From Octopus vulgaris (lineage: Eukaryota), in assembly GCA_951406725.2 (NCBI GenBank), contig OX597817.1, positions 77,438,001 through 77,502,000 of the forward strand: a stretch of DNA of 64,000 nucleotides. Reading direction: 5' to 3'. Positions 41,274-53,937 of this stretch are shown here, piece by piece. Every line of letters begins with the position of its first letter. The first letter of the stretch is position 1. The notes beneath the pieces were generated by a model. That model was not told the DNA's origin and did no database searches. It saw nothing but the letters and a program-made list of their open reading frames with translations. A program made the translations under genes and the position numbers.

Positions 41274-41856
41274 GCACAAGATAGTTCTTGTATTGCTAGA
41301 AAATAGCCTTTTCTTTCTAAGAATGCTGGTACTGTTTTGTGCCCTTATTTAATAATTTTCCTTAAGGTTTTAATTGCTAATGGGCCACCTATATTATATT
41401 TTAGCATCTTTGATATATTATTTTATATTATTTTATATGTGTGTGTGTGTGTGTGTGTGTATTATATAACGGTATGCTTGCGTGGGTGTGTTGTATAAAC
41501 AAGAACGCTAAACGTAGTAGAATGCATAATTTTTATTTAATGCAAGAAAAGCAACAAAACGCGTTGGAGCGCATAGCGGGAGACGTAACTAAATACACAT
41601 ATTAAGAGTGACAATTATGCTTTTATGTTTTTAACTGGTTTCAGTAATTAGACTGCAGGTCAATGCTGGGCAAACTGACTTCAAGAGGTTTAGGATTTTA
41701 TTCGGTTTAAGACATGGCAATGTGGATAAGAAGCTTACTTTGCAACGATATTGTCTTGTGTTTCGGTCCCACTATGTGGCACATCGGGCAAGCGTCTTTT
41801 GGCCGACTAAAGCTCTTTGAGCAAATTTGGTAAACAGAAACAGATTGGAAGGCCGT

Positions 41857-41975
<119 letters not shown>

Positions 41976-41992
41976 ACATATATATATATATG

Positions 41993-42060
<68 letters not shown>

Positions 42061-42064
<4 letters not shown>

Positions 42065-42271
42065 ATCCAAACAGGAAAACACAAAGAGAAAACACAATTA
42101 CGCGTGGACGTGGAACAAGTATAGAGTTATTGGACGCTCAGGAAAGGTAAGAAAGAAGGAGGAAATAAACGTTTCGAGCGGAGCTCTTCGTCAGAGACAT
42201 AGGAAGAGGAAAGATCCAAGGAAGAGAAGACGGAGGAAAAAAAATCGCCAACGATACACACGCGGTCACAT
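42061..42271 (-). mobile_element. ~200-bp hammerhead-bearing Penelope-like element, same family as 50221-50418
   Basis: The reverse complement contains CTGACGAagagctccgctcGAAAcgtt, and the 3' end abuts (TA)n. Confidence 0.8.
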
Positions 42272-42574
42272 ATTGAATGACCGGAAGGGAATGGGTGAAG
42301 GAATTGTTTATACACACACACACATATACTGTGATGCTTTTTTTTTCACATTGGAGCTCTTAACTTGGTTCGAATCCTGCGGATCTGAAACACTGTTCGC
42401 CTAATGACCAAATTGAAAAATGTGCAGGCACTTTTTATGCTTTTTCCGTTAATTTATGTTCCTTTTAATTTAATTTGCATAAATTATTTGCTATGTTTTT
42501 TATCGTATACAAATAGAATAAGTATCCAATATATTATTATTTTTTTTCTATTTTCTTATATAAGTATAACTTGG

Positions 42575-42930
42575 TCGTGTGGTAAGTAGCTTGCCTACCA
42601 ACCACATGGTTCCGGGTTCAGTCGCACTGCATGGCACCTTGGGCAAGTGTCTTCTACTGTAGCCTCTATTGACCAAAGCCTTGTGAGTGGATTTGGTAAA
42701 CGGAAACTGAAAGAAGCTCGTCTCATATATATATATGTGTGTATAGAATTGTGCGTTTGTGTTTGTCTACCCCACCATCGCTTGACAACCGAAGTTGGTG
42801 TGTTTACATTCCCGTAACTTAGCGGTTCAGCAAAAGCGACCAATAGAATAAGTACTAGGCTTACAAAGAATAAGTCCTGGGGTCGATTTGTTCGACTAAA
42901 GGCGGTGCTCCAACATGGCCGCAGTCAAGT
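42575..42930 (+). mobile_element. SINE family A
   Basis: Matches the family A consensus. Confidence 0.9.
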
Positions 42931-43138
42931 CGAATGAAGAAATTTAGCCTTGAAGAATGATTCAGTCGAATGAATCGCCTTCGTCCCTTTTTTTAAGCCT
43001 AGTACTTATTCTATCGATCTCTTTTGCCAAACCGCTAATTTACAGAGACCTAAACACACTAACACCGGTTGTCAAGCAGTGATGTGGTGGTGGTGGTGGA
43101 GCAAAGACAGACAAAGATACATACATACATACATACAT

Positions 43139-43172
<34 letters not shown>

Positions 43173-43393
43173 GCAGGTGTACTGAACTCAGAACTACATG
43201 GTTGGGAAGCAGGCTGTATTAATACGAAAAGGTAACCGTCATCCTTAAAAGAGGTTCTCTTAGAATACTGAATACAGAATACTCTTATTTACTTTGAGAT
43301 GATGTTAGAAATTATCTCATGAAGCGTTTGCGCTCTGATATAACTTGACCGTTAAGTTGAAGATCAAACATATTCATTTGTTCACCCATTTCT

Positions 43394-43786
43394 TTATTAC
43401 CTCTGCCTTAGCGAAGGCAGAGGTATTGTTTTCAGTCGTGTTTGTTTATTTGTTGTTTGTCCATGGACAAGATATTTCAAGAACCGCTGGTTGGGTTTGA
43501 ATGAAACTTTCAGGGATGTTTGGCCTCGTGACTGGCATGAACGGATTAGATTTTGGGATCAATCCGGTACCGGAAAAGAATTCTAATTATTATTTTTCCG
43601 CTTTTTTTTGCTTTTTTTTTTACTTAATTTTTGAAAGCGGTCGGGTTAACTTTTTAGCATTCTCGTTTGTGAGAACAATCGAGTTTATTTCAGATATTCT
43701 CATTTTAAAAATCATCTCTGGCTAATCGTTGAGAGGAAGTTGATGTTGCCTTGGCGGAAGTTTGCGCTCTCTGAGTGCTCTTGTTT
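43394..43786 (+). mobile_element. HINE/DINE-1-like non-autonomous Helentron-associated element
   Basis: 5' hairpin tacctctgcc-ttagcgaa-ggcagaggta, (GTTT)n microsatellite, 3' subterminal repeat ggcggaagt plus hairpin gcgctc-tct-gagtgc, T-rich flanks. Confidence 0.8.
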
Positions 43787-43999
43787 ATTTTGCTATCAGA
43801 CGACGTACAAATGTCCTACATTCACATGTATCCGCTTTTAAGATGGTAAGGTGTTGTATAAAGGACGTCTTTCTTGTTTGGTTCGGTTCGGTTTGCTTAC
43901 TCTTTCGCACACTCTTGCAGGTCTCCAGCGAGCTCATAACATAGCATGACGTTGTTATTGTCCGTTAACTAACGATTTGTTAACCTATTCGGTCTCGCG

Positions 44000-44298
44000 A
44001 TCACCCGGTGGTGAGTTCGATACTCGGCGGCGCACTTGTGTCCTTAAGCAAGGTACTTTATTTCAGGTTGCTCAAGTCCTCTCAGCTGGCAAACTGAGCA
44101 AAATGAACAAAATGAGTAATACTTGTAATTCAAAGGGCTAGCCCTGTAACATTCAGTGTCTCGCTGAATCTCCCTGAAAACTACGTTGAGGGTACGCATG
44201 TCTATGAAGTACTCAGCCACTTGCATGTTAATTTCACAAGCAGACTGTTCCATTGATCGGATCATCTGGAATACTCGTCGTCGTAACCGACAGAATGC
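44000..44298 (+). mobile_element. SINE, family E-type core with a further distinct tail
   Basis: gagttcgatact (B box), gtccttaagcaaggtactttatttc core, tail ...gaagtactcagccacttgcatgttaatttcac...gtcgtcgtaaccgac. Confidence 0.75.
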
Positions 44299-45569
44299 AA
44301 GTTACTTTGTCGGCAAATTAGACCAGTTCAAGACGCTCTAAACTAGTGGTTCTTAACAGATATGACAGTATCCTCGTCGGGTGCTTTAGCTTACAAGGGG
44401 GCTGCAAATATCTAACGAAGTGTGTACAATGAGAAGGCGTTGGATGTTAAACATCTGATTTTTTGAACCACTTATATTTTATATACATCAAACGAAGCAG
44501 AGATCTTTTCGGGGGCTAAGATATGAATCGAAAGGATCATGTTATGATATACCAGTGAGGGAAAACATCGATGAAGGTGCCCGAAGATCCAATATAATAT
44601 CGTTATGTAAGTACCCGTTTTCTTTATTAGTTTCCATAAAAATTTAACATAGCTGTCTAGTTATCTTCTATGTGCTTCTGTCATTAAACTGTGGCCATGC
44701 TGGAGTACCGCCTTGAAGAATTTTAGTCGAACAAATCGAGCCTAGTCCTTTTTTTTTTCTTAAAGGCTGGTACTTATTCTATCGGTTCTCATTTGTCGAA
44801 CCGTTAAGCTAGAGGGACGTAGAAATACTAATACCGGTTGTCAAGCAGTGGTGGGGGACAAACACACACACATTTACACACACATACACACGCACACAAT
44901 GAAGGGTTTCTTTCAGTTTTCGTCCATTAAATCCACCCACAAGGTTTTGGTTGACTCGACACTATAGCAAAAGACATTTGCCCAAGGTGCCACAAAGTGG
45001 GACAGAACAATTTCTGAAAAAAAGAAAAAGGCAAAAGGCGGGGGGGGGGGCAGGCTCATGCTGAATGGGGTACTATAAGAAAATTTGGTTAATAAATCGC
45101 TGCACATAATTCGCTCCCAATTAAAATAATCTGGTGTTTATATATATATATATATATATATCTTTAAACAAGGGAAGGAGAGTTTGTAATACGCCGTTCT
45201 ACGCACGGAGGCAGTGAACTATAAGAAAGCTGAGAACCACTTAAGCTGAATCTAAATTAAGTGCTAAATGACGTAAGCAAATAATTCTTAATGAATTAAA
45301 ATCTCTTTCTTGAGTTATATTCGGGAGATTTCAATTCATAAAAAATTTTGTGTACGTCATTCACTATATCCTTGATTTGTGTCCCTCAACTCTTTTAAGG
45401 ATTCGTAAGGGTACTTTGTGTTACATACGCCAACGCTCCTCAAACTTTATCTATACACCACGGACTGGTATTATATAAGATAAGTTTTCCAGGGACAGCG
45501 GGGATGACGTGCGTAACAAAGTATAACTAAGTGCATGATTTATTATTTTATTAATAGATAAATAATCTT

Positions 45570-46440
45570 GGCGACGATCTGGCTGAATTGTTACCGTGCC
45601 GGGTAAAATGTTTAGTGGTCTTTATGTTCTGAGCTCAAATTCCGCTGAGGTCAGCTTCGCCTTTCATCTTTTCGGATTCGATAATATAAGCCCTAGGATC
45701 GATGTAATCGAGTAGCCCACTCCTGCCAAAATTTCAGGTTTTGTGCCTGCAGCAGAAATGCGATATATTACATACATAATCAAGGCCGCAAGCTGGCAGA
45801 ATCGTTACCGTGCAGGGTAAAATGCTTAGCGGCATTTCTTCTGGCTTTACGTTCTGAGTTCAAATTCCACCGAGGTCGACTTTGCTTTGCAATACATCCT
45901 TTCGAGATCGATAAAAGAAGTATCAGTTAAGCATGTAATTAATCGATTAGCTCCCCACCTTCAAATTTTCAAACATTCTGCCTATAGTAGAAAGGATTAT
46001 TATTAATGTTGTATAAGGCCAGCAGAATCATTACCGCGCCGGACAATATACTTAGTAACATTTCGTACGTCTTTACATTCCGATGCTGATGGGGTCGACT
46101 TTGCCTTTCATCCTTTCGATAAATTAAGTACCAGAGGAACACTGGGGTAGATGGGATCGACTAGTCTCGTCCCCAAAATTTCAGGCCTTGTGCCTATAGT
46201 AGAAAGGAGCATTATTATTGTTGTGTAAGGCGGCCTTATACAATCTTGCCGGACAATGTGTTTAGTAGCATTTCACATGTCTTTACATTCTGAGTTGAAA
46301 TGCCGTTTGGGGTCGACTTCACCTTTTACCCTTTAAAAGTCGATAGAACCAGTATCAGCCAAGCACCGGGGGTTGATCTAATCAACTTACCCACTTCCTC
46401 AAAATTTCAGGCATTGTGTCCATAGTTGAAAGAATCATTG
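45570..46440 (+). mobile_element. Four head-to-tail diverged SINE family C (short-tail) copies
   Basis: Repeated ctggcagaatcgtta...gtcgactttgcctttcatcc...aaatttcagg..tgtgcctatagtagaaagg units starting near 45570, 45783, 46017 and 46228. Confidence 0.85.
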
Positions 46441-46462
46441 TTACTATTGTTGTTACTTTTAT

Positions 46463-46768
46463 TTTTATTTATTTATGCCTAGCCAGGCTCATGGCTCCGG
46501 TTTCCCGGTTTCTGTGGCGTATGTGTTCCCCCCAGCTGGACGGGACGCCAGTCCATCGCACCGTTACTCAAGAAACAAGAAGAGAGAGTGAGAGAAAGTT
46601 GGGGCGAAAGAGTACAACAGGAGTCGCCAACACCCTCTACCGGAGCCTCGTGGAGCTTTTAGGTGTTTTCGCTCAGTAAACACACACAACGCTCGGTCTG
46701 GGAATCGAAACCGCGATCCTCTGACCGCAAGTCCGCTGCCCTAATCACTGGGCCATTGCGCCTCCACA
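46463..46768 (-). mobile_element. SINE family B with 12-bp target-site duplication
   Basis: Full-length; tgttacttttat at 46451-46462 and 46769-46780. Confidence 0.92.
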
Positions 46769-47471
46769 TGTTACTTTTATACTTCTTGTTTTATATCTTG
46801 CAGGGCCAAGTGTAAACTATGAGCACGAAGCGCTATAGGGAAGATGTCATTTGACTGAGAACACTCTCCGTAGAATATGGGTTGTTCCAAGTAGCGTAAT
46901 CTTCTGGACTGCATAAATATTGATACTTCCTAGGATATAACTAGTGAACTTTTCCTTCTCTTTTTTCACGAGCCCTAGAGTTCCAATAACTGCTTGTATT
47001 GTTTCGGTCTTCATATTCTAAATCCTGTTGAGATCGATTCCCAGGTTTTGGAGGAGACAGGGAATTTATTTGTCACCTGATTAACGCTACAAAGGAGGGT
47101 ATTTGTATATGGGGAAATCGGTAGCTTGAAATGTGCGACCGGCACCACTCAGGAACCATGGCGAAAATACTAAGATACTTAACTCTAACGGATTGTTCAA
47201 TTCTATATAAATGCTACTTGACCTCAGTGCTGGACTCGTACTTTATTTAGCCACTCAGAAAGAATGAAAGGCAAAGTTGAACTTAGCGATGATTGAACTC
47301 AGTGCATGAAGTTGGCTTTTTATCGGACGTTCTAATGAGTGTTAATTTGTCACCTAGAATTGAGAAAGTAAGCCATTGGAAAACAAAAAAAAAGATGAAA
47401 AATGAAACGGAGGGAGAATGAACGGATGTACGAATAAGAGAATGAGTGAGAATGTATGAGACAGAGCGAAT

Positions 47472-47502
<31 letters not shown>

Positions 47503-47611
47503 GAGAGAGAGGGAGGGAGAGAATGTGTGAGAAGAGAAAATAGGATAAAAGTGAAAAAGTGAGAGTAAAGTGGATAAGGACGTGCAAATTCAGCAGTTAT
47601 AGAGGAGAGAG

Positions 47612-47675
<64 letters not shown>

Positions 47676-47676
47676 T

Positions 47677-47763
<87 letters not shown>

Positions 47764-47773
47764 TCGATCGATC

Positions 47774-47850
<77 letters not shown>
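47612..47850. repeat. (AGAT)n/(AGAC)n compound tetranucleotide array
   Basis: Read directly from the sequence. Confidence 0.97.
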
Positions 47851-49299
47851 GAAGCTATGGAGATAAGAAAGCAGGCAGAGGTATACAGGAGAAAGAAAGA
47901 GACAGCGATATATATATATATATACTGAGTGAGAGAGAGACAGAGAGACGGAGAGAGACAGAGAGAGACAGAGAGACAGATAGACAGGTAAATAGATAGA
48001 GCAAGCAAGAGAGGGAGAGAAACAACGAGAAAAGAGGTGGGAGTGAGATGATGAAGTTTATTGCTTAAACAAAATCTAGTAAACCAATTCGCTTTAATGA
48101 TAAAAGGCAGCGATGAGAGTGAAATGGTGACGAACACTGTTATGGAAATAGACTTTGCCTTTTACTTTTCCGGGTCGATGACACAACAACCATCTGTTGC
48201 TGCTGTTGTTCAGTCCCACTTTAGAGCTAATCCTGAAAAATCTATGAATAAAGGCGGTCCATCTGGGACCACCGCCTATAAATGAGGCTAAGTTTTAGCT
48301 GGTACATCGATGTGTGAGACCGAGACCGGCGAAAGAGTCAAAGAGGAGCTTGGAGATTCATGAAGGAGCCTTGTGAATATCTGACGGTAGTTCGAAGGCC
48401 AGCCCACATTAATCCCGGCTCTTGGCGTTCTGAGTTCTAATCCCCGCTGAAGTCAACTTTGCTTCTCATCCTTTTGGGGTCATTAAAAAAGTACTAGTCA
48501 AGTACTAGGGTCGATAGAATTGACTTACCTCTGTCCTTAAAACTACTGGCCTTGTCGTTGGACAAAATGCTTTGCAGTATGTTAGTTACAGTAGAGGCAC
48601 GCAGCTTAATGCACAGGGAGCTGCGCTCAAGATCGTAAGATTGTGGTTTCGATTCCTGGGTGGGCGATGCGTGGTATTCTTGAAAAAACAAACAAACTAA
48701 TATCACTTCAACAAACTTCATTTCACCTTATTCCATTCCACTCAGCTGACACGACGGGCTTCTTTCAGTTTCCGTCTACCAAATCCACCCACAGAGTTTT
48801 GACAGGTCTGGAACTATGGCAGAAGAAACTCGCCCGAGGTGCCACGCAGTGAGACTGAACCCGTCTCCGCGTAGCCGTGAAGTAAACTTCTTACAACTCA
48901 GCCACGGGACTTTTCATTTATTTATTTATTTAAAACTGTAGGGTGTGATTTGAGGGAGATTTGACCAGCAAGCGTACGAGAGGTCCTTCATTTGGTTATT
49001 ATTGCTGTTATTATTGTTGATGTTGTTGTTGGTGGTGGCGGTGGTGTTGGTGGTGGTGGTGGAAATGATAGTGATGGTGGTGCTATTGTTATTATTCTCA
49101 CCATTCCTCTTCGTCTACCCCGCTCCATCCCGCCCGCCTCTTAACGCGCCTGTGACTATCTAATAGTTGTCACCTAGTTTCACTTCTATCTCATTTTGCC
49201 GATGAAGAAGACAATAAATAAATAAATAAATAAATAATAATAATGATAATAATAATAATAATAATAACAATGATGATAATAATAATAATAATGTTGATG

Positions 49300-49349
<50 letters not shown>

Positions 49350-49668
49350 ACGGTGTCAATGTCCTCCGTTGATCTCTCTCTTCCTCTCTATGTGTCTTTG
49401 TCTGCCTCTATCTTCCTTTCTTTCTCTCTCTACCCCTTTCTCCCTCTACCCCTTCCTCTCTTTCTAGCTTTCTCAACCCCCTTTCTCTCTCTCTCCCTTA
49501 TATACATAGGCAGGTACTCGCATACACTCTCGAGCTCTGTTTATGTCTGCGGTTTGCTCTGCCATTGACAGCAAGGAAAGCGAAGCGATCAAGGATATTA
49601 TGACATCGTCACGCATTTTCGAAATCTATATTCTGCAACACCCAAGATGATGTATGTGTGTGTGTGTG

Positions 49669-49712
<44 letters not shown>

Positions 49713-49760
49713 TGTGCGCGCGCATGTAATACATAGTATAGATGTGTGTGTGTGTGTGTG

Positions 49761-50085
49761 TAGGCAGGAGTGGCTGTGTGGTAAGTCGCTTGCTTACCAG
49801 CCACATGGTTCCGGGTTCAGTCCTACTGCGTGGCACCTTGGGCAAGTGTCTTCTACTAAAGCCTCGGGCCGACCAAAGCATGCATGTGTGTGTATATATT
49901 TGTGTGTCCCCAACATCACTTGACAACCGATTCTGGTGTGTTTACGTCCGTCCCCCATAACTCAGTGGTTCGGCAAAAGAGACCGATCGAATAAGTACTA
50001 GGCTTATAAAGAAGTCCTGGTGTTGATTTACTCGACTAAAGGCGGTGCTCCAGCATGGCCGCAGTCAAATGACTGAAGAGTATAT
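49761..50085 (+). mobile_element. SINE family A
   Basis: Matches the family A consensus. Confidence 0.9.
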
Positions 50086-50091
50086 AAAAAA

Positions 50092-50145
<54 letters not shown>

Positions 50146-50220
50146 ATAATAATAATAGTTATAACAAAACGGTATCAATGTCCTCCGTTGATCTCTCTCT
50201 GTGTGTCTGTGTCTGCCTCC

Positions 50221-50418
50221 ATGTGACCGCGTGTGTACCGTTGGCGATTTTTTCCCTCCGTCTTCCCTTCTCTGGATCTTTCCTTTTCCTATGTTTCTGA
50301 CGAAGAGCTCCGCTCGAAACGTAAAACCCTTCCTTCCTGAGCGTCCAATAATACTATTTTTGGTCCACGTCCTCGCGTTGTTGTGTTTTCCCTTTGTGTT
50401 TTCATGTTTGGATTAACT
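50221..50418 (+). mobile_element. ~200-bp hammerhead-bearing Penelope-like element
   Basis: Homologous to 42061-42271; the 3' end ggattaact abuts (TA)n. Confidence 0.8.
50293..50327 (+). ncRNA. Minimal type I hammerhead ribozyme, predicted cut after 50323
   Basis: GTTT-CTGACGA-a-GAGC-tcc-GCTC-GAAA-CG-TA|AAAC: stem I GUUU/AAAC, 4-bp stem II, loopless palindromic ACGU stem III, GUA triplet. Confidence 0.75.
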
Positions 50419-50474
50419 TTATATATATATATAGGGGCAGGAGTGGCTGTGTGGTAAGTCGCTTGCTTACCAGC

Positions 50475-50582
<108 letters not shown>

Positions 50583-51053
50583 CGCGCGTGTGTGTATGTA
50601 TAGTATGTACATCACAGTCTATAAATCACTGACAACTGAAGGGGATTGAAAACAATGCGCTACTTAGTGATTACTAAATAGTATAAACGTCGACATCGTT
50701 CTAGTATAATAACCAACACTGTATGTTTAGCTGACACAGATAAAATGTTTTTGGAGCGAGTCGTCGAAATTATAGTTCGTTGGCTTTCTGATGTTTACAG
50801 ATGTTTATCGATGAGTACCGGGTGTCATATTAGAGTCGAAAATTTCTAATAGACCGAGTCCCAAAAGCGGGTTCAATTCCCAGTTGAGTCATTTAGATAT
50901 ATTTACTCTTTTATACTTGCTATATCTCAATCGTAGTGTATATTCCGGAGAAGGTTTAACATGCAGTTTAGTGTCGTAAGAAAAAAAAAATGGAGGTAAA
51001 TTGCCAGATGTGACGATGGTGAAATCCTATAATTTCATAAAAACTGGTACCTA

Positions 51054-51966
51054 CTTGGTGATCGGGCTAAATTTGAGGATTTTCTCCTTGTCTTTTCTTT
51101 TCTCTTTCTTTTCAATTTTTTTTTTCTCAGGAACAGCTTGATGTATTAGTGAACAGTTACCGGCGTTGGAGAGCATAAAGATTAAAGTTGTAATGGAGAA
51201 AAAGTTAGCTGACATGGAGGACTGGAAGCCATTTGAATATCGACAAAAAGTTACCAGTTACATGAGGATTCGCACTGTGTATCAAAATGCTGGCATCATG
51301 ACTGCTGTTCGATGCTCTGTGGACACTGTTAAAGGTTGTAAGGTGTGACATGGACATCATGAAAACCAAGTTTCCCCAAACAGTCATGGTCTTACGGTGT
51401 CTTTAGTGAGAGTGGTGCCATGCCACGCCCACAACTTTGTACAGGGCCTTAGGTTCAATTCAGACGGCTATGTGAAGCTACTGGAGACTGTGGTCAAATC
51501 CTGGCAGGAGAGGTTTGCTACTGAAAAGCCATATGTGTGATACCTGGATTCGGCTCCATGCCATACCTCCAGAAAGAACCAGAAGGGATTGTCAGAGAAT
51601 TTTCTAAATTTTCATTAACCCCAATTTCTGGTCTCCTAATTCTCTCCATTGTATTCCCATGGATTATTATGTGTGGGACGCGGTTGAGAAAGATACCAAA
51701 CGCTCAGCCGGCAGCACCAAGGCAGAGCTGGCGGCCAAGATCAATGTGTTCGAAGATCTTCGCAGGAACTCAGTGAGGAACACATGCGCCAGGTTTCGGA
51801 GTCATCTTCAGGCAGTGGTGGAAGCTGAGGGTGGCTACTTTGAGTAAACCGTTATCTCCTACCCGGTTGATATTTTATGAGTTTGCAAAACTCTTTTATT
51901 TTTTGATGGAATATTGCGTTTTCTTTTCCTCTTATGCAAACTGTCAAATTTAGCCCGAACACCCTG
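51054..51966 (+). mobile_element. Tc1/mariner DNA transposon relic (DDxD, maT/DD37D-like), internally deleted
   Basis: TIRs cttggtgatcgggctaaatttga and tcaaatttagcccgaacaccctg, left one after TA. Transposase pieces MKTKFPQTVMV, QGLRFNSDGYVKLLETVVKSW, DSAPCHTS, FWSPNS and PMDYYVWDAVEK...CARFRSHLQAVVEAEGGYFE*. Confidence 0.92.
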
Positions 51967-52339
51967 CAGTTATATATGTTCTTGTGATAGCATGCGCATT
52001 TCTGAAAGCAGGTGAGGCACACCACTGCAGCTTATTCTATCCAACATCGAAATCCAGTGAAAAGCTACAGAAACGCGTTTACTATCCGAAGGATGGGCTT
52101 CCTATATTAGTTTAGTTCTGAAGTTGGGAATTATTGTTTAAGTTTTGTTGACCCAACGTTGAGAGCATTCATATACTGACTATCGAAGGCCAATGGATAT
52201 TCGCCTAAAGGCGATAATGCAAAAACAAATGATGCGTTATTTACATTGTGTCTGTATGGTCATATCTGGCAAAATAAGTCCAGAGACCGTGGAAAAGCTA
52301 TATGTAGGTTCTATGCATCATTTTCATGTTATCTAAATA

Positions 52340-52555
52340 ATCCTTTCTACTAAAGGCACAAGACCTGAAATTTTGAGGGGAGGGGACTAGTTGGTTAAAT
52401 CGACTCCAGTGTTTCACTGGTACTTGATTTATCGACCCCAAAAGGACGAAAGGCAAAGTCGACCTCGGCGGGTTTTGAACTTAGAACGTAATGACGGACG
52501 AAATGCCGCTAAGCATTTTGCCCGGCGTGCTAACGATTCTGGCAGCTCGTCGCCA
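52340..52555 (-). mobile_element. SINE family C, short-tail variant
   Basis: Matches the family C consensus. Confidence 0.9.
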
Positions 52556-52745
52556 TGTTATCTAAATAATAATGAAATTACGGCAATTCACTGTCGTTAT
52601 TTTCCAGTTCTTATCACAATCTATTTTTACTTTTTAGGACACTCAACTGCATGTGAACCTGGAGAAGGGCAGGAACTATTGAGTTCACCTTTTCTTCTTT
52701 TATTTACCTAGACTGATATCAAACCGTTATATGGCACGCGCGCGC

Positions 52746-53430
52746 GTGTGTGTTTGGTAATCTCCAGAGTACAGGGCCGGATTAAGACCCATAGAGGTCC
52801 TACGCACCAAGCACTCAAACTATTTTGGTGACCACATATAAATGTAATTCGTTACTACACTTGACCTGTCAGTTTTTTCGTAACGGTATCCTTATGGGCT
52901 CAAAACTTATGTTCAACCTACGATCGAGATATACAAACCATTTGGTTGCAAAGCGAGCTTCTTAACTACACATCCAATAATTTTATTGAGAGTGACTTCG
53001 AAGTCTCTCTGGTCGGCACTCAACTGATACGTATTTTATTGACCCAAAAAGGATGAAAAGGAGAGCCGACATCGGCGGAATTTGAACTCAGATGGACGAA
53101 ATACCACTGAGCATTTCGCCCAGCATGCTAAAGTTTCTGCCAGTTCACCGCCTTATCATGGTGCTATAATTTTTGCAATTATAAAAAAAAATGTAGGTGA
53201 AAACTATTGAAATATAATTAAAGTAGAAGTATACAAAAATAAACATTATTTTCCCTCTTACTGTTAGATTTGTTTCATTCCGAAAAATAATATTTTATCT
53301 TATGGTTTATAATTGTTTATATTTTGAATTACATTTGTATGGGGGCACCAAAATAGTTTGAGTGCTTGGTGCTTAGGACCGCTTTGGGCCTTAATCCGGC
53401 CCTGTGCGCTGGAGATTACCAAACACACAC
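52746..53430. repeat. ~105-bp inverted repeat (hAT-like end plus shared flank)
   Basis: 52746-52850 is the reverse complement of 53326-53430, including about 25 bp outside the cagggccggattaag terminus. Confidence 0.88.
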
Positions 53431-53509
53431 ACACACACACACATGCATACTTTTATTCTCTTATACGTTTCAACCCTAAACCTGTGGCCATGATGGGGCA
53501 CCGCCAATG

Positions 53510-53557
53510 AAAAATATGGAAGGCTTAACGAATTTGAGCGTCATCCTAACGCAGGGC

Positions 53558-53561
<4 letters not shown>
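53510..53561 (-). pseudogene. U6: U6 snRNA 3'-half retro-fragment
   Basis: The reverse complement gtatgccctgcgttaggatgacgctcaaattcgttaagccttccatattttt aligns to the U6 3' end GCAUGGCCCCUGCGCAAGGAUGACACGCAAAUUCGUGAAGCGUUCCAUAUUUUU. Confidence 0.9.
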
Positions 53562-53588
<27 letters not shown>

Positions 53589-53589
53589 T

Positions 53590-53798
53590 TACTCTCTTAC
53601 TCATTTACTTGTTTCAGTCATTTGACTGCGGCCATGCTGGAGCACCGCCTTTAATCGAGCAACTCGACCTCGGGACTTATTCTTTTGTAAGCCCAGTACT
53701 TATTCTATCGGTCTCTTTTGCCGAACCGCTAAGTAACGGGGACATAAACACACCAGCATCGGTTGTCAAGCAACACAGACACACAAACACACACACGC

Positions 53799-53833
<35 letters not shown>

Positions 53834-53937
53834 TACATATATACGACGGGCTTCTTTCAGTTTCCGTCTACCAAATCCACTCACAAGGCTTTGGTTGGCC
53901 CGAGGCTATAGTAGAAGACACTTGCCCAAGGTGCCAC
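53590..53937 (-). mobile_element. SINE family A, 5'-truncated, CpGs intact
   Basis: Matches the family A consensus. Confidence 0.92.
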
